DNA of 64,000 nt from Cyclobacteriaceae bacterium (GCA_035318625.1 DATHEL010000002.1:316752-380751); one strand, 5' to 3'; positions 46,285 through 56,360 are shown, counted from the first letter of the stretch. The notes: generated by a model from the sequence alone, not told the origin. Program-made: numbers and translations.

Positions 46285-46352
46285 CGTACAGGATACAGAG
46301 TTCAGGGTACAATGTTGGCCCGTGCAGAACCCTGTACCTTGTACACTGTACA
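46285..46352. repeat. Heptamer-based imperfect inverted repeat (GTACAGG units) in the rsfS leader
   Basis: gtacagg atacaga gttcagg gtaca ... gaaccct gtacctt gtacact gtac. Confidence 0.65.
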
Positions 46353-46375
46353 ATTTAAAACCCCAAGATAGTTTA

Positions 46376-46753
46376 ATGGGTAAAAGAAAGAAGGATTCCC
46401 TCGCCGGTTCACAGAAGCTGAGTGGTTTGATCGTGAAGGGAATGCAGGAAAAGAAAGCATACGAGATTGTATTGATGGACCTCCGGAAAGTCAAAAATGC
46501 CGTAGCCGATTTCTTCGTAATTTGTTCCGGTAATTCAGACAAGCAACTTGACGCCATCGCCGACTCGGTCGACGACGAAGTGTTTAAGGGCCTAAAGGAA
46601 AACCCCTGGCACGTCGAGGGAAAGAACAATAAAGAGTGGATGATTCTCGACTATACCAACGTGGTGGTTCACATTTTCCGAAAGGACCGAAGATCGTTTT
46701 ATGCCCTCGAAAAACTCTGGGGGGATGCTGAAATCACTGAAATAGAAGATTAA
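46376..46753 (+). CDS. rsfS: Ribosome silencing factor
   Basis: EKKAYEI...DLR, DFFVICSG, W.ILDY..VVVHIF...R.FY.LEKLW. Confidence 0.95.
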   Translation: MGKRKKDSLAGSQKLSGLIVKGMQEKKAYEIVLMDLRKVKNAVADFFVICSGNSDKQLDAIADSVDDEVFKGLKENPWHVEGKNNKEWMILDYTNVVVHIFRKDRRSFYALEKLWGDAEITEIED

Positions 46754-46784
46754 TTCGAATAATTTTTTAGACAACTAAATAGAA

Positions 46785-48839
46785 ATGGCTGATAAAGAGA
46801 GAGATAGGGGCAGCAAAGTTCCAAGACCCAATTACCAGATGTGGATCATCCTGGGGTTGGTTGCTGTGATTTTAATAATAAGCTGGGTAAACAGATCAAG
46901 CGAGCTGGTCGAGATCCGAAACAGCCGCTTCGAAGATATGGTCAACAACAAGGTTATCAAGAAGCTTGTGTTGGTCAAAAACGAGGAACAGGTTGAGATT
47001 ACCCTCAAGCCCGAGGCCCTGCAGAATGCAGTGTACAAACAGGAGCTCGAGCGTAGCAACAGCCCGTTTGGCGTAAGCCCCAATGGCCCTCACTACAAAA
47101 TGAAGATTCCCTCGATCGATAAGTTCATCGATCAATATGAGGACCTCATCAAGGCGATCCCCCGCGAACAGAAAATAGACCTTCAGACCGAAGAACGAAG
47201 TGACATCACCGGAATGCTCATCAACTGGGGCTTCCTGTTTCTATTGCTGTTCGGATTCTGGATGCTCATGCGACGCATGACAGGCGGCGGCGGACCCGGC
47301 GGACAAATATTCAACATCGGTAAGTCGAAAGCTGCTTTGTTCGATGCAGAGAACAAGGTGAAGGTCACGTTCGAAGACGTTGCCGGCCTGGACGAAGCCA
47401 AGGAAGAAGTAAAAGAAATTGTCGACTTCCTGAAAACACCATCGAAGTTCACCAAGCTCGGCGGTAAAATACCTAAAGGTGCATTGCTGGTTGGACCTCC
47501 GGGAACCGGCAAAACTCTGCTTGCTAAAGCCGTTGCCGGAGAGGCCGCAGTGCCCTTTTTCTCCTTGTCAGGTTCCGATTTCGTTGAGATGTTTGTAGGT
47601 GTGGGCGCTGCCCGTGTACGCGACCTCTTCAAACAGGCTAAAGAAAAAGCTCCGTGTATCGTGTTCATCGACGAGATCGACGCGATCGGCCGTTCGCGCG
47701 GACGGGGTTCACTTCCCGGCGCCAACGACGAACGCGAGAACACGTTGAACTCATTGCTCGTGGAAATGGACGGCTTCGCTACCGACAGCGGCGTCATCAT
47801 CCTCGCGGCAACCAACCGTCCCGACGTGCTCGACTCTGCACTCATGCGCCCGGGCCGTTTCGACCGCCAGATCAGCATCGACAAACCGGATATCGCCGGC
47901 CGTGAACATATCTTCAAAGTACACTTGAAGCCGATCAAGCTTTCGAAAGAAGTGGATGTGAAGAAACTCGCAGCACAAACTCCCGGTTTTGCCGGAGCCG
48001 AGATAGCCAACGTGTGTAACGAAGCAGCTCTCATCGCCGCCCGGAGAGACCGTAAAGAGGTTGAGATGCTCGACTTCCAGGATGCTATCGACCGTGTGAT
48101 CGGTGGACTCGAAAAAAAGAGCAAGATCATCTCGCCTGAAGAGAAAAAGATCGTTGCGTACCACGAAGCAGGTCACGCAGTAGCTGGCTGGTTCCTCGAA
48201 CATGCCGACCCGCTCGTGAAAGTGAGCATCGTGCCACGCGGTATCGCAGCACTTGGATATGCACAGTACTTGCCCAAAGAACAGTTCCTGTATCAGACTG
48301 AACAGCTGATCGACGAAATGTGTATGACCTTCGGTGGCCGTGCCGCAGAAGAGCTCGTATTCGGAAAGATATCCACCGGCGCTCTAAGCGACCTGGAGCG
48401 TATCACCAAGATGGCGTACAGCATAGTAACCGTATATGGAATGAACGCTGCTATCGGCAATATCTCCTTCTACGACAGCAAGCAGTCAGAATATAATTTC
48501 AATAAGCCATACTCGGAAGCCACCGGCGAACGGATCGACGTGGAAGTGAAGAAGATCATCGACAGCGCTTACGACCGCACCAGGGCCCTGCTCGCCGAAC
48601 ATCGCGCGCACCTGGAGATCATCGCTAAAGAGCTGCTTGAAAAAGAGATCCTCTTCCAGTCAGACCTCGAACGACTGATCGGCAAGCGTCCTTTCGCTCA
48701 GCCGACCACCTATCAGAAATTTACCAACGGAACGCCCAAGGAAACACCTAAGGATGAGGTGAAGGACACACCGAAAGAAAAGGAAGAAAATCCACTGCCA
48801 CACCTGAACAACCAGCTTCCGGAGCCGCAAAAAGAGTGA
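46785..48839 (+). CDS. ftsH: ATP-dependent zinc metalloprotease FtsH
   Basis: Two TM segments, [38 protein letters not shown]. Confidence 0.98.
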   Translation: MADKERDRGSKVPRPNYQMWIILGLVAVILIISWVNRSSELVEIRNSRFEDMVNNKVIKKLVLVKNEEQVEITLKPEALQNAVYKQELERSNSPFGVSPNGPHYKMKIPSIDKFIDQYEDLIKAIPREQKIDLQTEERSDITGMLINWGFLFLLLFGFWMLMRRMTGGGGPGGQIFNIGKSKAALFDAENKVKVTFEDVAGLDEAKEEVKEIVDFLKTPSKFTKLGGKIPKGALLVGPPGTGKTLLAKAVAGEAAVPFFSLSGSDFVEMFVGVGAARVRDLFKQAKEKAPCIVFIDEIDAIGRSRGRGSLPGANDERENTLNSLLVEMDGFATDSGVIILAATNRPDVLDSALMRPGRFDRQISIDKPDIAGREHIFKVHLKPIKLSKEVDVKKLAAQTPGFAGAEIANVCNEAALIAARRDRKEVEMLDFQDAIDRVIGGLEKKSKIISPEEKKIVAYHEAGHAVAGWFLEHADPLVKVSIVPRGIAALGYAQYLPKEQFLYQTEQLIDEMCMTFGGRAAEELVFGKISTGALSDLERITKMAYSIVTVYGMNAAIGNISFYDSKQSEYNFNKPYSEATGERIDVEVKKIIDSAYDRTRALLAEHRAHLEIIAKELLEKEILFQSDLERLIGKRPFAQPTTYQKFTNGTPKETPKDEVKDTPKEKEENPLPHLNNQLPEPQKE

Positions 48840-48930
48840 AAAACTAAAAGTGAATAGTGAAAAGTTATCCTGCGACCTTACATTTATACCAGGAAACTTT
48901 TCACCATTAGTTATTAACTTTTCATTCTAC
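48837..48930. repeat. Heptamer array (TGAAAAG-like) with inverted partner, overlapping the ftsH stop codon
   Basis: tgaaaaa ctaaaag tgaatag tgaaaag tt ... aacttttcacc ... aacttttcattc. Confidence 0.7.
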
Positions 48931-48931
48931 T

Positions 48932-49702
48932 GTGATCGATATCAATCTCCCGGAAGGAAAAAAAATATACTTCGCTTCCGATTTCCACCTGGGCGTCCCC
49001 GACCAGGCTACCACTATTGAACGGGAAAAGCTCCTGGTGAAATGGTTTGAGATGGTAAGGCATGATGCTCATTCGATCTACCTCGTGGGCGACATGTTCG
49101 ACTTCTGGTTCGAGTACAAGTACACTATTCCCAAAGGCTTCATTCGGTTCCTCGGAAAACTTGCAGAGCTGCGAGACGCGGGTCTTCCCATCTATTTCTT
49201 CAGCGGCAACCATGACCTGTGGATGTTCGATTACTTTCAAAAGGAACTGGACATCGTGATCTATACCGAACCGCAGGAAATGAAGATCGGCGATCATAAG
49301 ATATTGATCGGTCATGGCGACGGGCTTGGGCCCGGCGATCGCTGGTATAAAGTGCTGAAGAGCGGACTGTTTGCAAACAGTTTTTTTCAATGGCTCTTTG
49401 CACGATTGCATCCCAATCTCGGCATGTACCTTGCACACAAGTGGAGCAAATCAAGCCGTATCGGTAACATGGAGAAAGAGAAGTTCCAAAGCGACGCAAA
49501 TGAATTTCTCTTTGCCTACTGCCAGAAAACCGAAAAGACGGAGCATCACGACTTCTATATATTCGGCCACCGTCATTTGCCTCTTGACCTTAAGGTTTCT
49601 GAAAACAGCCGTTACATTAACCTGGGTGAGTGGGTGAACTTCTCGCCATACGCCGTTTACGACGGCAAGGATATGACCCTAAAGTCTTTCACGGCCTCAT
49701 GA
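48932..49702 (+). CDS. lpxH: UDP-2,3-diacylglucosamine diphosphatase-like metallophosphoesterase
   Basis: ASDFHLG, GDMFDFW, GNHD, HGDG, FGHRH, NLGEW. GTG start. Confidence 0.85.
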   Translation: MIDINLPEGKKIYFASDFHLGVPDQATTIEREKLLVKWFEMVRHDAHSIYLVGDMFDFWFEYKYTIPKGFIRFLGKLAELRDAGLPIYFFSGNHDLWMFDYFQKELDIVIYTEPQEMKIGDHKILIGHGDGLGPGDRWYKVLKSGLFANSFFQWLFARLHPNLGMYLAHKWSKSSRIGNMEKEKFQSDANEFLFAYCQKTEKTEHHDFYIFGHRHLPLDLKVSENSRYINLGEWVNFSPYAVYDGKDMTLKSFTAS

Positions 49703-50478
49703 AACCGATAGCTATACTGATAGCAGTATGCAGCTTTACATTTTGCATCGCACAGAAGAAGATTGCATCGGCCGAAGTGTCTTCGAATATTGTCTTTGCA
49801 TGCGTCGACAGGCCGGGTGATCTGTATGTGGTCCTCGCCGATGGCCAAACCCTGAAGTACGACAAGACCGGCAAACAGATCGGGCGGATAAAGTTCAAAA
49901 CTGTTCCCACGGTCTTCGATCCGAAGGATGGGACGAGAGCATTTGCTTACTTCCGGGATTCACAGACCATCGAATCGATCGCTCCCGATCTTTCATTCTC
50001 CGAGTCGTCACCGTTGCACGCCGAGTTCGCCGTGAGTGCCTGGCTGGTGTGTCCGTCCAAGAATGAATTCTGGATACTCGACTCGGCCGATGTAACCATG
50101 AAGAAAACAAAGGAGCGTGGCGTGGCGATTGCATACGAGTCGGAGTTCTCCAAAGGCGAAAGTGATGTGAGGAAGGTCGTCTATATGAGAGAGTATTTGA
50201 ACTTTCTTTTTGTTCTTGACAGTGACAAAGGGATACATGTATTGAATAACCTGGGCCGTTCGATCAGAAAGATTGACGGAAAAGATATTCCGTACTTCAG
50301 CTTCCTGGGTGAAGAGATCTATTATGCCTCCGGGAACACATTGCAATTAATTGATCTGTACAATACCGAGAAACGGGAGATAACCCTTCCCCACTCAGCC
50401 AATTTCGCCCTCTTGACCGACGACCGCATGATCCTCGTGACCAGTAAGACGATCGATTTTTTTGAATTTGTTCCTTAA
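49699..50478 (+). CDS. Secreted hypothetical protein (beta-propeller-like)
   Basis: ATGA-coupled to lpxH; signal peptide ending CIA|Q; repeated beta-rich blades. Confidence 0.7.
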   Translation: MKPIAILIAVCSFTFCIAQKKIASAEVSSNIVFACVDRPGDLYVVLADGQTLKYDKTGKQIGRIKFKTVPTVFDPKDGTRAFAYFRDSQTIESIAPDLSFSESSPLHAEFAVSAWLVCPSKNEFWILDSADVTMKKTKERGVAIAYESEFSKGESDVRKVVYMREYLNFLFVLDSDKGIHVLNNLGRSIRKIDGKDIPYFSFLGEEIYYASGNTLQLIDLYNTEKREITLPHSANFALLTDDRMILVTSKTIDFFEFVP

Positions 50479-50619
50479 CTGCACGTTCCCCAATGGAAAA
50501 GTGTTCGTTTTTGGACATATTTGCATTTTAGAACACGAAAAAGCCGCTTGCAATCCTGTTTTTCGGCATCGGTAGTATGGCACACTTTTTCGTTTCTCCA
50601 CCCGCTTAACCTCAACTAA

Positions 50620-51987
50620 GTGAACGAACTCGGTAAAATTCTCATGGTCGACGACGACGAAGACGTGCTTCTCGCGGCCAAAATGCTTCTGAAGAAATAC
50701 AACTATCACGTCATCATTGAAAAGAATCCCAACAAGATCCCATTCCTGATGAATAACGACAGTTATGACGTTATTCTGCTCGACATGAATTTTACCAAGG
50801 ATACAACCAGCGGCAAAGAGGGGTTTGAATGGCTAGGCCAGATCCGTGAGCGCGACCCGAACGCGGTTGTTATCATGATCACGGCATTCGGCGACGTTGA
50901 AATGGCAGTCCGTGCGTTGAAAGAAGGCGCAACGGATTTCATCCTCAAGCCGTGGCAAAATGAAAAGCTCATCGCTACGATCTCTACAGCGATCAAATTA
51001 AAGAAGTCATACAACGAAGTCGATAAGCTGCGCAAGGCCAAGCAGATGCTCGAAGAGCAGATCAGCCAACCCTTCCGCGATATCATAGGCAACAGCAACC
51101 CGATCAACGAAGTATTTGCGTTGATCGATAAGGTGGCAAAGACAGAAGCCAACATCCTGATCCTTGGCGAGAACGGTACCGGTAAGGAGCTCATTGCCCG
51201 CGCCATTCACCAGAAGTCGTTGCGTAAAGACAACTCCTTCGTCGCCGTCGATATGGGGGCTATAACGGAAACACTTTTCGAGAGCGAGCTCTTCGGTCAT
51301 AAAAAGGGTGCCTTTACCGATGCCAGGGAGGATCGTCCCGGAAGGTTCGAGCTGGCCAACGGTGGAACACTATTCCTGGATGAGATCGGTAACCTGAGCA
51401 TGAACCTGCAGAGTAAGTTGTTAAGTGCACTGCAGTCGCGAATGGTGACCAGGGTGGGCTCGAACAACGCAGTTGAGGTAGACATCCGGCTGATCTGTGC
51501 CACCAACATGCCTTTGCACCAGATGGTGAAAGAAGGCCGCTTCCGCCAGGACTTGTTATACAGGATCAATACGGTAGAGATCAATATCCCTCCCCTCGCC
51601 GACCGGGTAGATGACATCCCGCTGCTGGCGGGCCACTTCCTGAACTACTATTCCAGGAAATACAGGAAAGAAGTACTTAGTATCTCGAACGACGCAATCA
51701 CCAAGCTTAAAAAATATGCCTGGCCGGGTAATGTGCGCGAGCTCCAGCACGCCATCGAACGCGCCGTGATTATGGCCGACTCACCGACATTACAGGAAAG
51801 CGACTTCCTTTTCAGCCGCAAAGGCAACGATGCGCCCACAGCCGATACGCTGAACCTGGACGAGGTCGAAAAAGCAGCAGTCGCCAAAGCTATTCAACTA
51901 CACAACGGGAACATCTCCAAGGCAGCTGAAGAGCTCGGATTGACGAGGGCATCGTTATATCGCCGAATGGAGAAGTATGGACTTTAA
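50620..51987 (+). CDS. NtrC-family response regulator (REC-AAA+-Fis HTH)
   Basis: ILLDMNF, GENGTGKE, GAFTDA, LFLDE, WPGNVREL, AAEELGLTRASLYRR. GTG start. Confidence 0.95.
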   Translation: MNELGKILMVDDDEDVLLAAKMLLKKYNYHVIIEKNPNKIPFLMNNDSYDVILLDMNFTKDTTSGKEGFEWLGQIRERDPNAVVIMITAFGDVEMAVRALKEGATDFILKPWQNEKLIATISTAIKLKKSYNEVDKLRKAKQMLEEQISQPFRDIIGNSNPINEVFALIDKVAKTEANILILGENGTGKELIARAIHQKSLRKDNSFVAVDMGAITETLFESELFGHKKGAFTDAREDRPGRFELANGGTLFLDEIGNLSMNLQSKLLSALQSRMVTRVGSNNAVEVDIRLICATNMPLHQMVKEGRFRQDLLYRINTVEINIPPLADRVDDIPLLAGHFLNYYSRKYRKEVLSISNDAITKLKKYAWPGNVRELQHAIERAVIMADSPTLQESDFLFSRKGNDAPTADTLNLDEVEKAAVAKAIQLHNGNISKAAEELGLTRASLYRRMEKYGL

Positions 51988-53323
51988 TCTAAAATCCCCG
52001 CTGGTAACCCGAGTGGGGATTTTAGTATTCACCATCTTCGTTTTTTGTTACATCTCGGTACGCTCCGATCCAAGCTGGATCTTACTGCTGGGTGTCGGTG
52101 GCGCGATCTTCTTCCAGGTACGTCAGCTGATCAAGGCCGTGGAGCGATCGAACGAGAACATGACCAGCTTCCTGGATGCGATTCGATTCGACGACCTCTC
52201 CTCGTCATTCAAGACCGACAGCCAGGACCCCACCGTTCAAAGACTTCATCAGGAGCTCAATGAAGCACTGCTTAAACTACGGGTATCGAGGAAAGAAAAA
52301 GACTCCGAATACCAGTTCTTCAAGAACATCGTGCAACATGTCGGTATCGGCATCCTGACTTTCAAACGCGACGGTTCGATTCAGATCATCAACAGTGCGG
52401 CGAAGAGATTGTTGAAGGTCAATCGTGCCGAGACCGTGGAAGATCTACGTGAAGTAGATGACAGCCTCGTAGAGTCGTTCCTGAAACTGAAGACCGGTGG
52501 CCGCGAGCTGATCCGCCTCAAGACCGGCGATGAAATCATTCAACTGTCGATCTTCGCCATCGAGCTTACATTGCGCGGCGACGAGGTCAAGCTGATCTCG
52601 ATGAGCAACATCCAGAGTGAGCTCGAAGAAAAGGAAATGGAAGCGTGGCAGAACCTCGTGCGCGTGCTTACTCATGAGATCATGAATTCCGTTACGCCTA
52701 TCTCTTCACTTGCCGGTATCGTGGAGGAAGAACTGGACCGGAAGATCCGTTACGAGCAGGATATCAAGAATGAGGAGCTCGGCGACATGCACCTTTCTCT
52801 GCAAACCATCAGTCGGCGCAGCGAAGGTCTCATACGCTTCGTGAAAGAATTCAGAAACCTGACCCACATCCCCAAGCCGAGGCTCGCCGAAGTGCTGGTG
52901 AAGCCTTTGCTGGAAGAAATGGCCATGCTTCACAAGAAGGAGCTTGCCGACCACGGTGTGACCATCAGTTGCATTGTGGAACCCGAGAATCTGTTCATAC
53001 TCGCCGACAAAACGATGATCGAACAGGTGCTCATCAACCTGATCAAGAATGCCATTCAGGCGTTCGACGAGCAGCCGGACAAACGACTCGACCTTCTGGC
53101 CCAGAGCAACGAAAAGGGGCGGGCTGTGATCTCCGTAAAAGACAACGGATCGGGTATCGACAATGAGGCGATGGAAAAGATCTTCATACCATTCTTCTCG
53201 ACGAAAAAGACGGGGTCGGGGATTGGGTTGAGTCTTTCGAAACAGATTATGTTGCAACATGAGGGACGGATTACGGTTAAGTCGAAGCTGGGAGAGGGGA
53301 CGGAGTTTATTTTGCGCTTTTAA
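51977..53323 (+). CDS. Sensor histidine kinase (NtrY-like, PAS)
   Basis: Two TM segments, LTHEIMNSVTPI, NLIKNA, DNGSGI, FIPFFSTK..GSGIGL. Confidence 0.95.
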   Translation: MDFNLKSPLVTRVGILVFTIFVFCYISVRSDPSWILLLGVGGAIFFQVRQLIKAVERSNENMTSFLDAIRFDDLSSSFKTDSQDPTVQRLHQELNEALLKLRVSRKEKDSEYQFFKNIVQHVGIGILTFKRDGSIQIINSAAKRLLKVNRAETVEDLREVDDSLVESFLKLKTGGRELIRLKTGDEIIQLSIFAIELTLRGDEVKLISMSNIQSELEEKEMEAWQNLVRVLTHEIMNSVTPISSLAGIVEEELDRKIRYEQDIKNEELGDMHLSLQTISRRSEGLIRFVKEFRNLTHIPKPRLAEVLVKPLLEEMAMLHKKELADHGVTISCIVEPENLFILADKTMIEQVLINLIKNAIQAFDEQPDKRLDLLAQSNEKGRAVISVKDNGSGIDNEAMEKIFIPFFSTKKTGSGIGLSLSKQIMLQHEGRITVKSKLGEGTEFILRF

Positions 53324-53338
53324 AATTGGGCGTAAATC

Positions 53339-53489
53339 GTTCAAGGTTCAAAGTTCAGACTAGCTTGAGTTATGAGTCTCTGCCTACTTTGGAGAATATC
53401 ATGTAGTTTATATCCCTGACTATAAGGCTTATCTCCATGCCCCAACGCTCGTCGAAACTGAGGGCGACTCTGAACTTTGAACCCTGAAC
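53339..53489. repeat. 151-bp element bounded by 21-bp heptamer-based inverted repeats (MITE-like)
   Basis: gttcaaggttcaaagttcaga (53339-53359) versus tctgaactttgaaccctgaac (53469-53489), one mismatch. Confidence 0.6.
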
Positions 53490-53532
53490 AACTTCCCCGT
53501 ATTTTACTAATTTGCGCCCATATTCTCGTACT

Positions 53533-53772
53533 ATGCAAGACGTCCAAAAACGCATCACCTCCATTCTCATCGACAAGCTCGGGATCAACGAATCCGAAAT
53601 CACACCAGACGCCAGTTTTGTTAAGGACCTGGGTATCGATTCACTCGACTACGCGGAACTGGTGATGGAATTTGAACAAACATTCGATATCAAGATACCC
53701 GACGACGATGCGGAGAAAATGCAGACCATCGGACAGGCCGTATCGTACATCGAAAGCAAGATTAAAAGTTAA
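53533..53772 (+). CDS. acpP: Acyl carrier protein (solitary copy)
   Basis: ASF..DLGIDSLD phosphopantetheine motif and EFE..FDI.IPD..AE. Confidence 0.93.
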   Translation: MQDVQKRITSILIDKLGINESEITPDASFVKDLGIDSLDYAELVMEFEQTFDIKIPDDDAEKMQTIGQAVSYIESKIKS

Positions 53773-53798
53773 AAGTTAAAAACTAAAAGTGAAAAGTT
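53762..53798 (+). repeat. Heptamer array (TTAAAAG-like) overlapping the ACP stop codon
   Basis: ttaaaag ttaaaag ttaaaaa ctaaaag tgaaaag. Confidence 0.8.
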
Positions 53799-53838
53799 AC
53801 AGGTTGGCTTTACTACAACCCTAACGTCTAACTTCTAG

Positions 53839-54177
53839 TTAGTTTAATTCAAAATAACTGCAGAACCTCTTCATCTTTACCGCTTCGGGTTCCAGGAACG
53901 GTAACAGCTCGTCCGGTTTGTCAAGCGGGCTGTAGAACCAACCACCTTTCGATTCATTCCACGACACCACGTATTTATCGGAATAGATCAGGAGAACATC
54001 CATGTCGTAGATCTCCTCCCCTTCCTTGTCATTCAACCCCGTGAATTGAAGTAACACGTGATCCTTCTTGTAAAGCTCACCTTTGTTGCAGTCGATACTG
54101 TTGAGACGCATCAGCAATTTTGTCTCCGTGTTCCATGCTTTGAATTTGATCTTCCGTGGTTTGAATTCGATGGCCAT
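53839..54177 (-). CDS. YopX-like protein
   Basis: RKIKFKAW start and LQFTGL.DK.G.EIY..DVL signature. Confidence 0.8.
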   Translation of the reverse strand: MAIEFKPRKIKFKAWNTETKLLMRLNSIDCNKGELYKKDHVLLQFTGLNDKEGEEIYDMDVLLIYSDKYVVSWNESKGGWFYSPLDKPDELLPFLEPEAVKMKRFCSYFELN

Positions 54178-54202
54178 ATGGCTAGATTTCGGTGAGAACT
54201 TT

Positions 54203-55105
54203 ATGAACGAAAGTAAGAAGGTATTCTTCATTATCAACAAATTCTCCGGTACCGGCTACCAGGATTCGATTGAAGGTCGTATCATCGATACGTGCGCCTC
54301 TCTTAATTTCGGATGCACGATCGAGTTTACGCGCGACCGGGGCCATGCCACCGAGCTGGCACAAACGGCGGTAGCTGAAAAGTTCGACATGGCATTCGCG
54401 GTAGGCGGCGACGGAACGGTGAACGAGGTGGCGCAAGGACTGGTCGACAGCCCGGTGACGATGGGCATTCTCCCCAAAGGATCGGGTAACGGACTCGCCA
54501 GGCATCTCGGTGTGCCCATGAAGTTCTCCGGGGCGCTTGGACTTCTCCAATCAAGCCGGGTGATCAACATGGATACCATGTCGGTCAATGGAAAATTATC
54601 AGTGAACGTGTCGGGTATCGGCTTCGACGGACACATAGCGGGACTGTTCGGCAAAAATGGCAAACGTGGGCTCGTTGGTTATACGACGCTCGTGTTGAAA
54701 GAGTTTATGTCGTACCGTGAATTCGAAGCCGATGTTGTACTCGACGGAAAGCATCATCGCACCAGCAGTTTTATAATAGCGCTCGCAAATTCATCGCAGT
54801 TTGGCAACAACGCCGTTGTAGCGCCACTCGCGTCTGTTTGTGATGAGCTCATCGATGTCTGTTTTATCAGGAAGGTGCCATTCAGCCGTGTCGTGGGTTT
54901 CGCTACCAAAATGTTTTCAGGAACACTCGACCGGTCATCGCTGGTTGACATCAGGAAGGGCAAACAGGTATCCATCACGTTCCCCAAAGCAGTCGCCTTT
55001 CATATCGACGGGGAAGCACAGGAGCCCGCATCGCAATTTGATGTTCAAATCACACCCGGTAATCTGAAAATGGTCGTTCCCGAGCGGAACGGGAAGCCCG
55101 TTTGA
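54203..55105 (+). CDS. Diacylglycerol kinase family lipid kinase (YegS/DagK-like)
   Basis: FIIN..SG, VGGDGTVNEV, PKGSGNGLAR, GIGFDG, NSSQFGN, HIDGE. Confidence 0.93.
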   Translation: MNESKKVFFIINKFSGTGYQDSIEGRIIDTCASLNFGCTIEFTRDRGHATELAQTAVAEKFDMAFAVGGDGTVNEVAQGLVDSPVTMGILPKGSGNGLARHLGVPMKFSGALGLLQSSRVINMDTMSVNGKLSVNVSGIGFDGHIAGLFGKNGKRGLVGYTTLVLKEFMSYREFEADVVLDGKHHRTSSFIIALANSSQFGNNAVVAPLASVCDELIDVCFIRKVPFSRVVGFATKMFSGTLDRSSLVDIRKGKQVSITFPKAVAFHIDGEAQEPASQFDVQITPGNLKMVVPERNGKPV

Positions 55106-55219
55106 TGCGTTGTAACTATTAAAGTTTCACTCCAAAAATACCGCAAGGCAGGTTAGTCCGGGCCTGTGTATTTTCCGTTTAAATCGTTTGTTTCGTCTCA
55201 GTACCCAAAACCAAACCAT

Positions 55220-56350
55220 ATGCTAAAGAAGATCTGTACTACACTAATTATTGCAATTATTTGCGGCCAGGCGTTCGGCCAGCTTTCACTCCCCCCCAAC
55301 GGCGACAACCAGAAGTCGTCCGTTACCCAATGGATCGGCCCGGTGGAAGTAAACATCACCTACAACAGTCCCAACGTTCATGCTCCGAATGGAGACGATC
55401 GCACCGGTCACATCTGGGGCGAGCTGGTTCATTACGGACAGATCGACCAGGGCTTCGGCAGCTCAAAGGCTGCACCGTGGCGTGCAGGCTCGAATGAGAA
55501 CACCACGATCACTTTCTCACACCCGGTAAAGATCGAAGGCAAGGACATCCCTGCGGGTACCTACGGTCTCTTCCTCGAAGTCGCTAAAGACGGCCCGTGG
55601 ACATGGATTTTTTCGAAGAACAGCACCAGCTGGGGCAGCTACTTCTATAATCCTGCCGAAGATGCTTTGAAAGTAAGCGCAACGGCTGTCGACGCACCCT
55701 ACACAGAATTTCTCGCTTATGGTTTCGATGATCGCCTCGCCAATACGGCAACGGCTTACCTCCAATGGGAGAAGAAGAAGGTTCCCTTCAAGATCGAAGT
55801 TCCCAATGTTAACGAGATCTATGTGAACATGATGCGCAACCAACTGCGTTCATCCACCGGCTTCGACGTACGTAACTACGCACAAGCCGCCCGCTTCTGT
55901 GCACAAAACAAGATCAACCTCGAAGAAGCGCTCGCGTGGACCGATGCGTCGATGAATCCGAACAACGGTGGCAGCGAAGACTTCAACGGACTCGCTACAA
56001 AAGCAAGTGTGTTGATGGCCATGGGCAAAGGCCCAGAGGCGGGAGCTATCATGGACAAAGCCATCAAGATGCCTTCGGCCCGCATGACGGACATTCACCA
56101 GTATGGAAGGACACTGATCGGCTTTGGTGAGAATCAAAAAGCGCTTGAAGTATTCCAATACAATGCAAAGACACATCCCGAAGAGAAGTTCACGACGTCC
56201 GTAGGACTCGCCCGTGGTTACACTGCTGTTGGTAACAAGAAAGAAGCGATCAAGAACTGGGAAGTTGCTTTGAAGAACGTTCCCGCCGGACAAGAGGCCA
56301 ACAAGCCCGTTTGGGAGAATGAGCTTAAGAAGCTGAAAGAAGCGAAGTAA
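55220..56350 (+). CDS. Secreted DUF2911 domain protein with C-terminal TPR-like helices
   Basis: Signal peptide ending FG|Q; Y.SP.V...R...IWG.LV.YG, WRAGSNENT, IPAGTYGLF. Confidence 0.85.
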   Translation: MLKKICTTLIIAIICGQAFGQLSLPPNGDNQKSSVTQWIGPVEVNITYNSPNVHAPNGDDRTGHIWGELVHYGQIDQGFGSSKAAPWRAGSNENTTITFSHPVKIEGKDIPAGTYGLFLEVAKDGPWTWIFSKNSTSWGSYFYNPAEDALKVSATAVDAPYTEFLAYGFDDRLANTATAYLQWEKKKVPFKIEVPNVNEIYVNMMRNQLRSSTGFDVRNYAQAARFCAQNKINLEEALAWTDASMNPNNGGSEDFNGLATKASVLMAMGKGPEAGAIMDKAIKMPSARMTDIHQYGRTLIGFGENQKALEVFQYNAKTHPEEKFTTSVGLARGYTAVGNKKEAIKNWEVALKNVPAGQEANKPVWENELKKLKEAK

Positions 56351-56360
56351 GAGCTGACAC

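Noticed and set aside
46157-46375. N-terminal extension of RsfS shown in the ORF track
   Set aside because: It overlaps the birA start, a promoter box and a repeat hairpin; ATG 46376 gives the normal RsfS length.
47183-48130. 315-aa minus-strand ORF
   Set aside because: It is antisense to the conserved AAA domain of ftsH; the Ser/Arg-rich composition is typical of shadow frames.
54083-54202. N-terminal extension of the lipid kinase shown in the ORF track
   Set aside because: It overlaps the YopX-like gene on the other strand; ATG 54203 gives the usual family start.
53323-54240. Prophage remnant around the YopX-like gene
   Set aside because: There are no integrase, structural or replication genes and no att-like repeats; the flanks are housekeeping genes.
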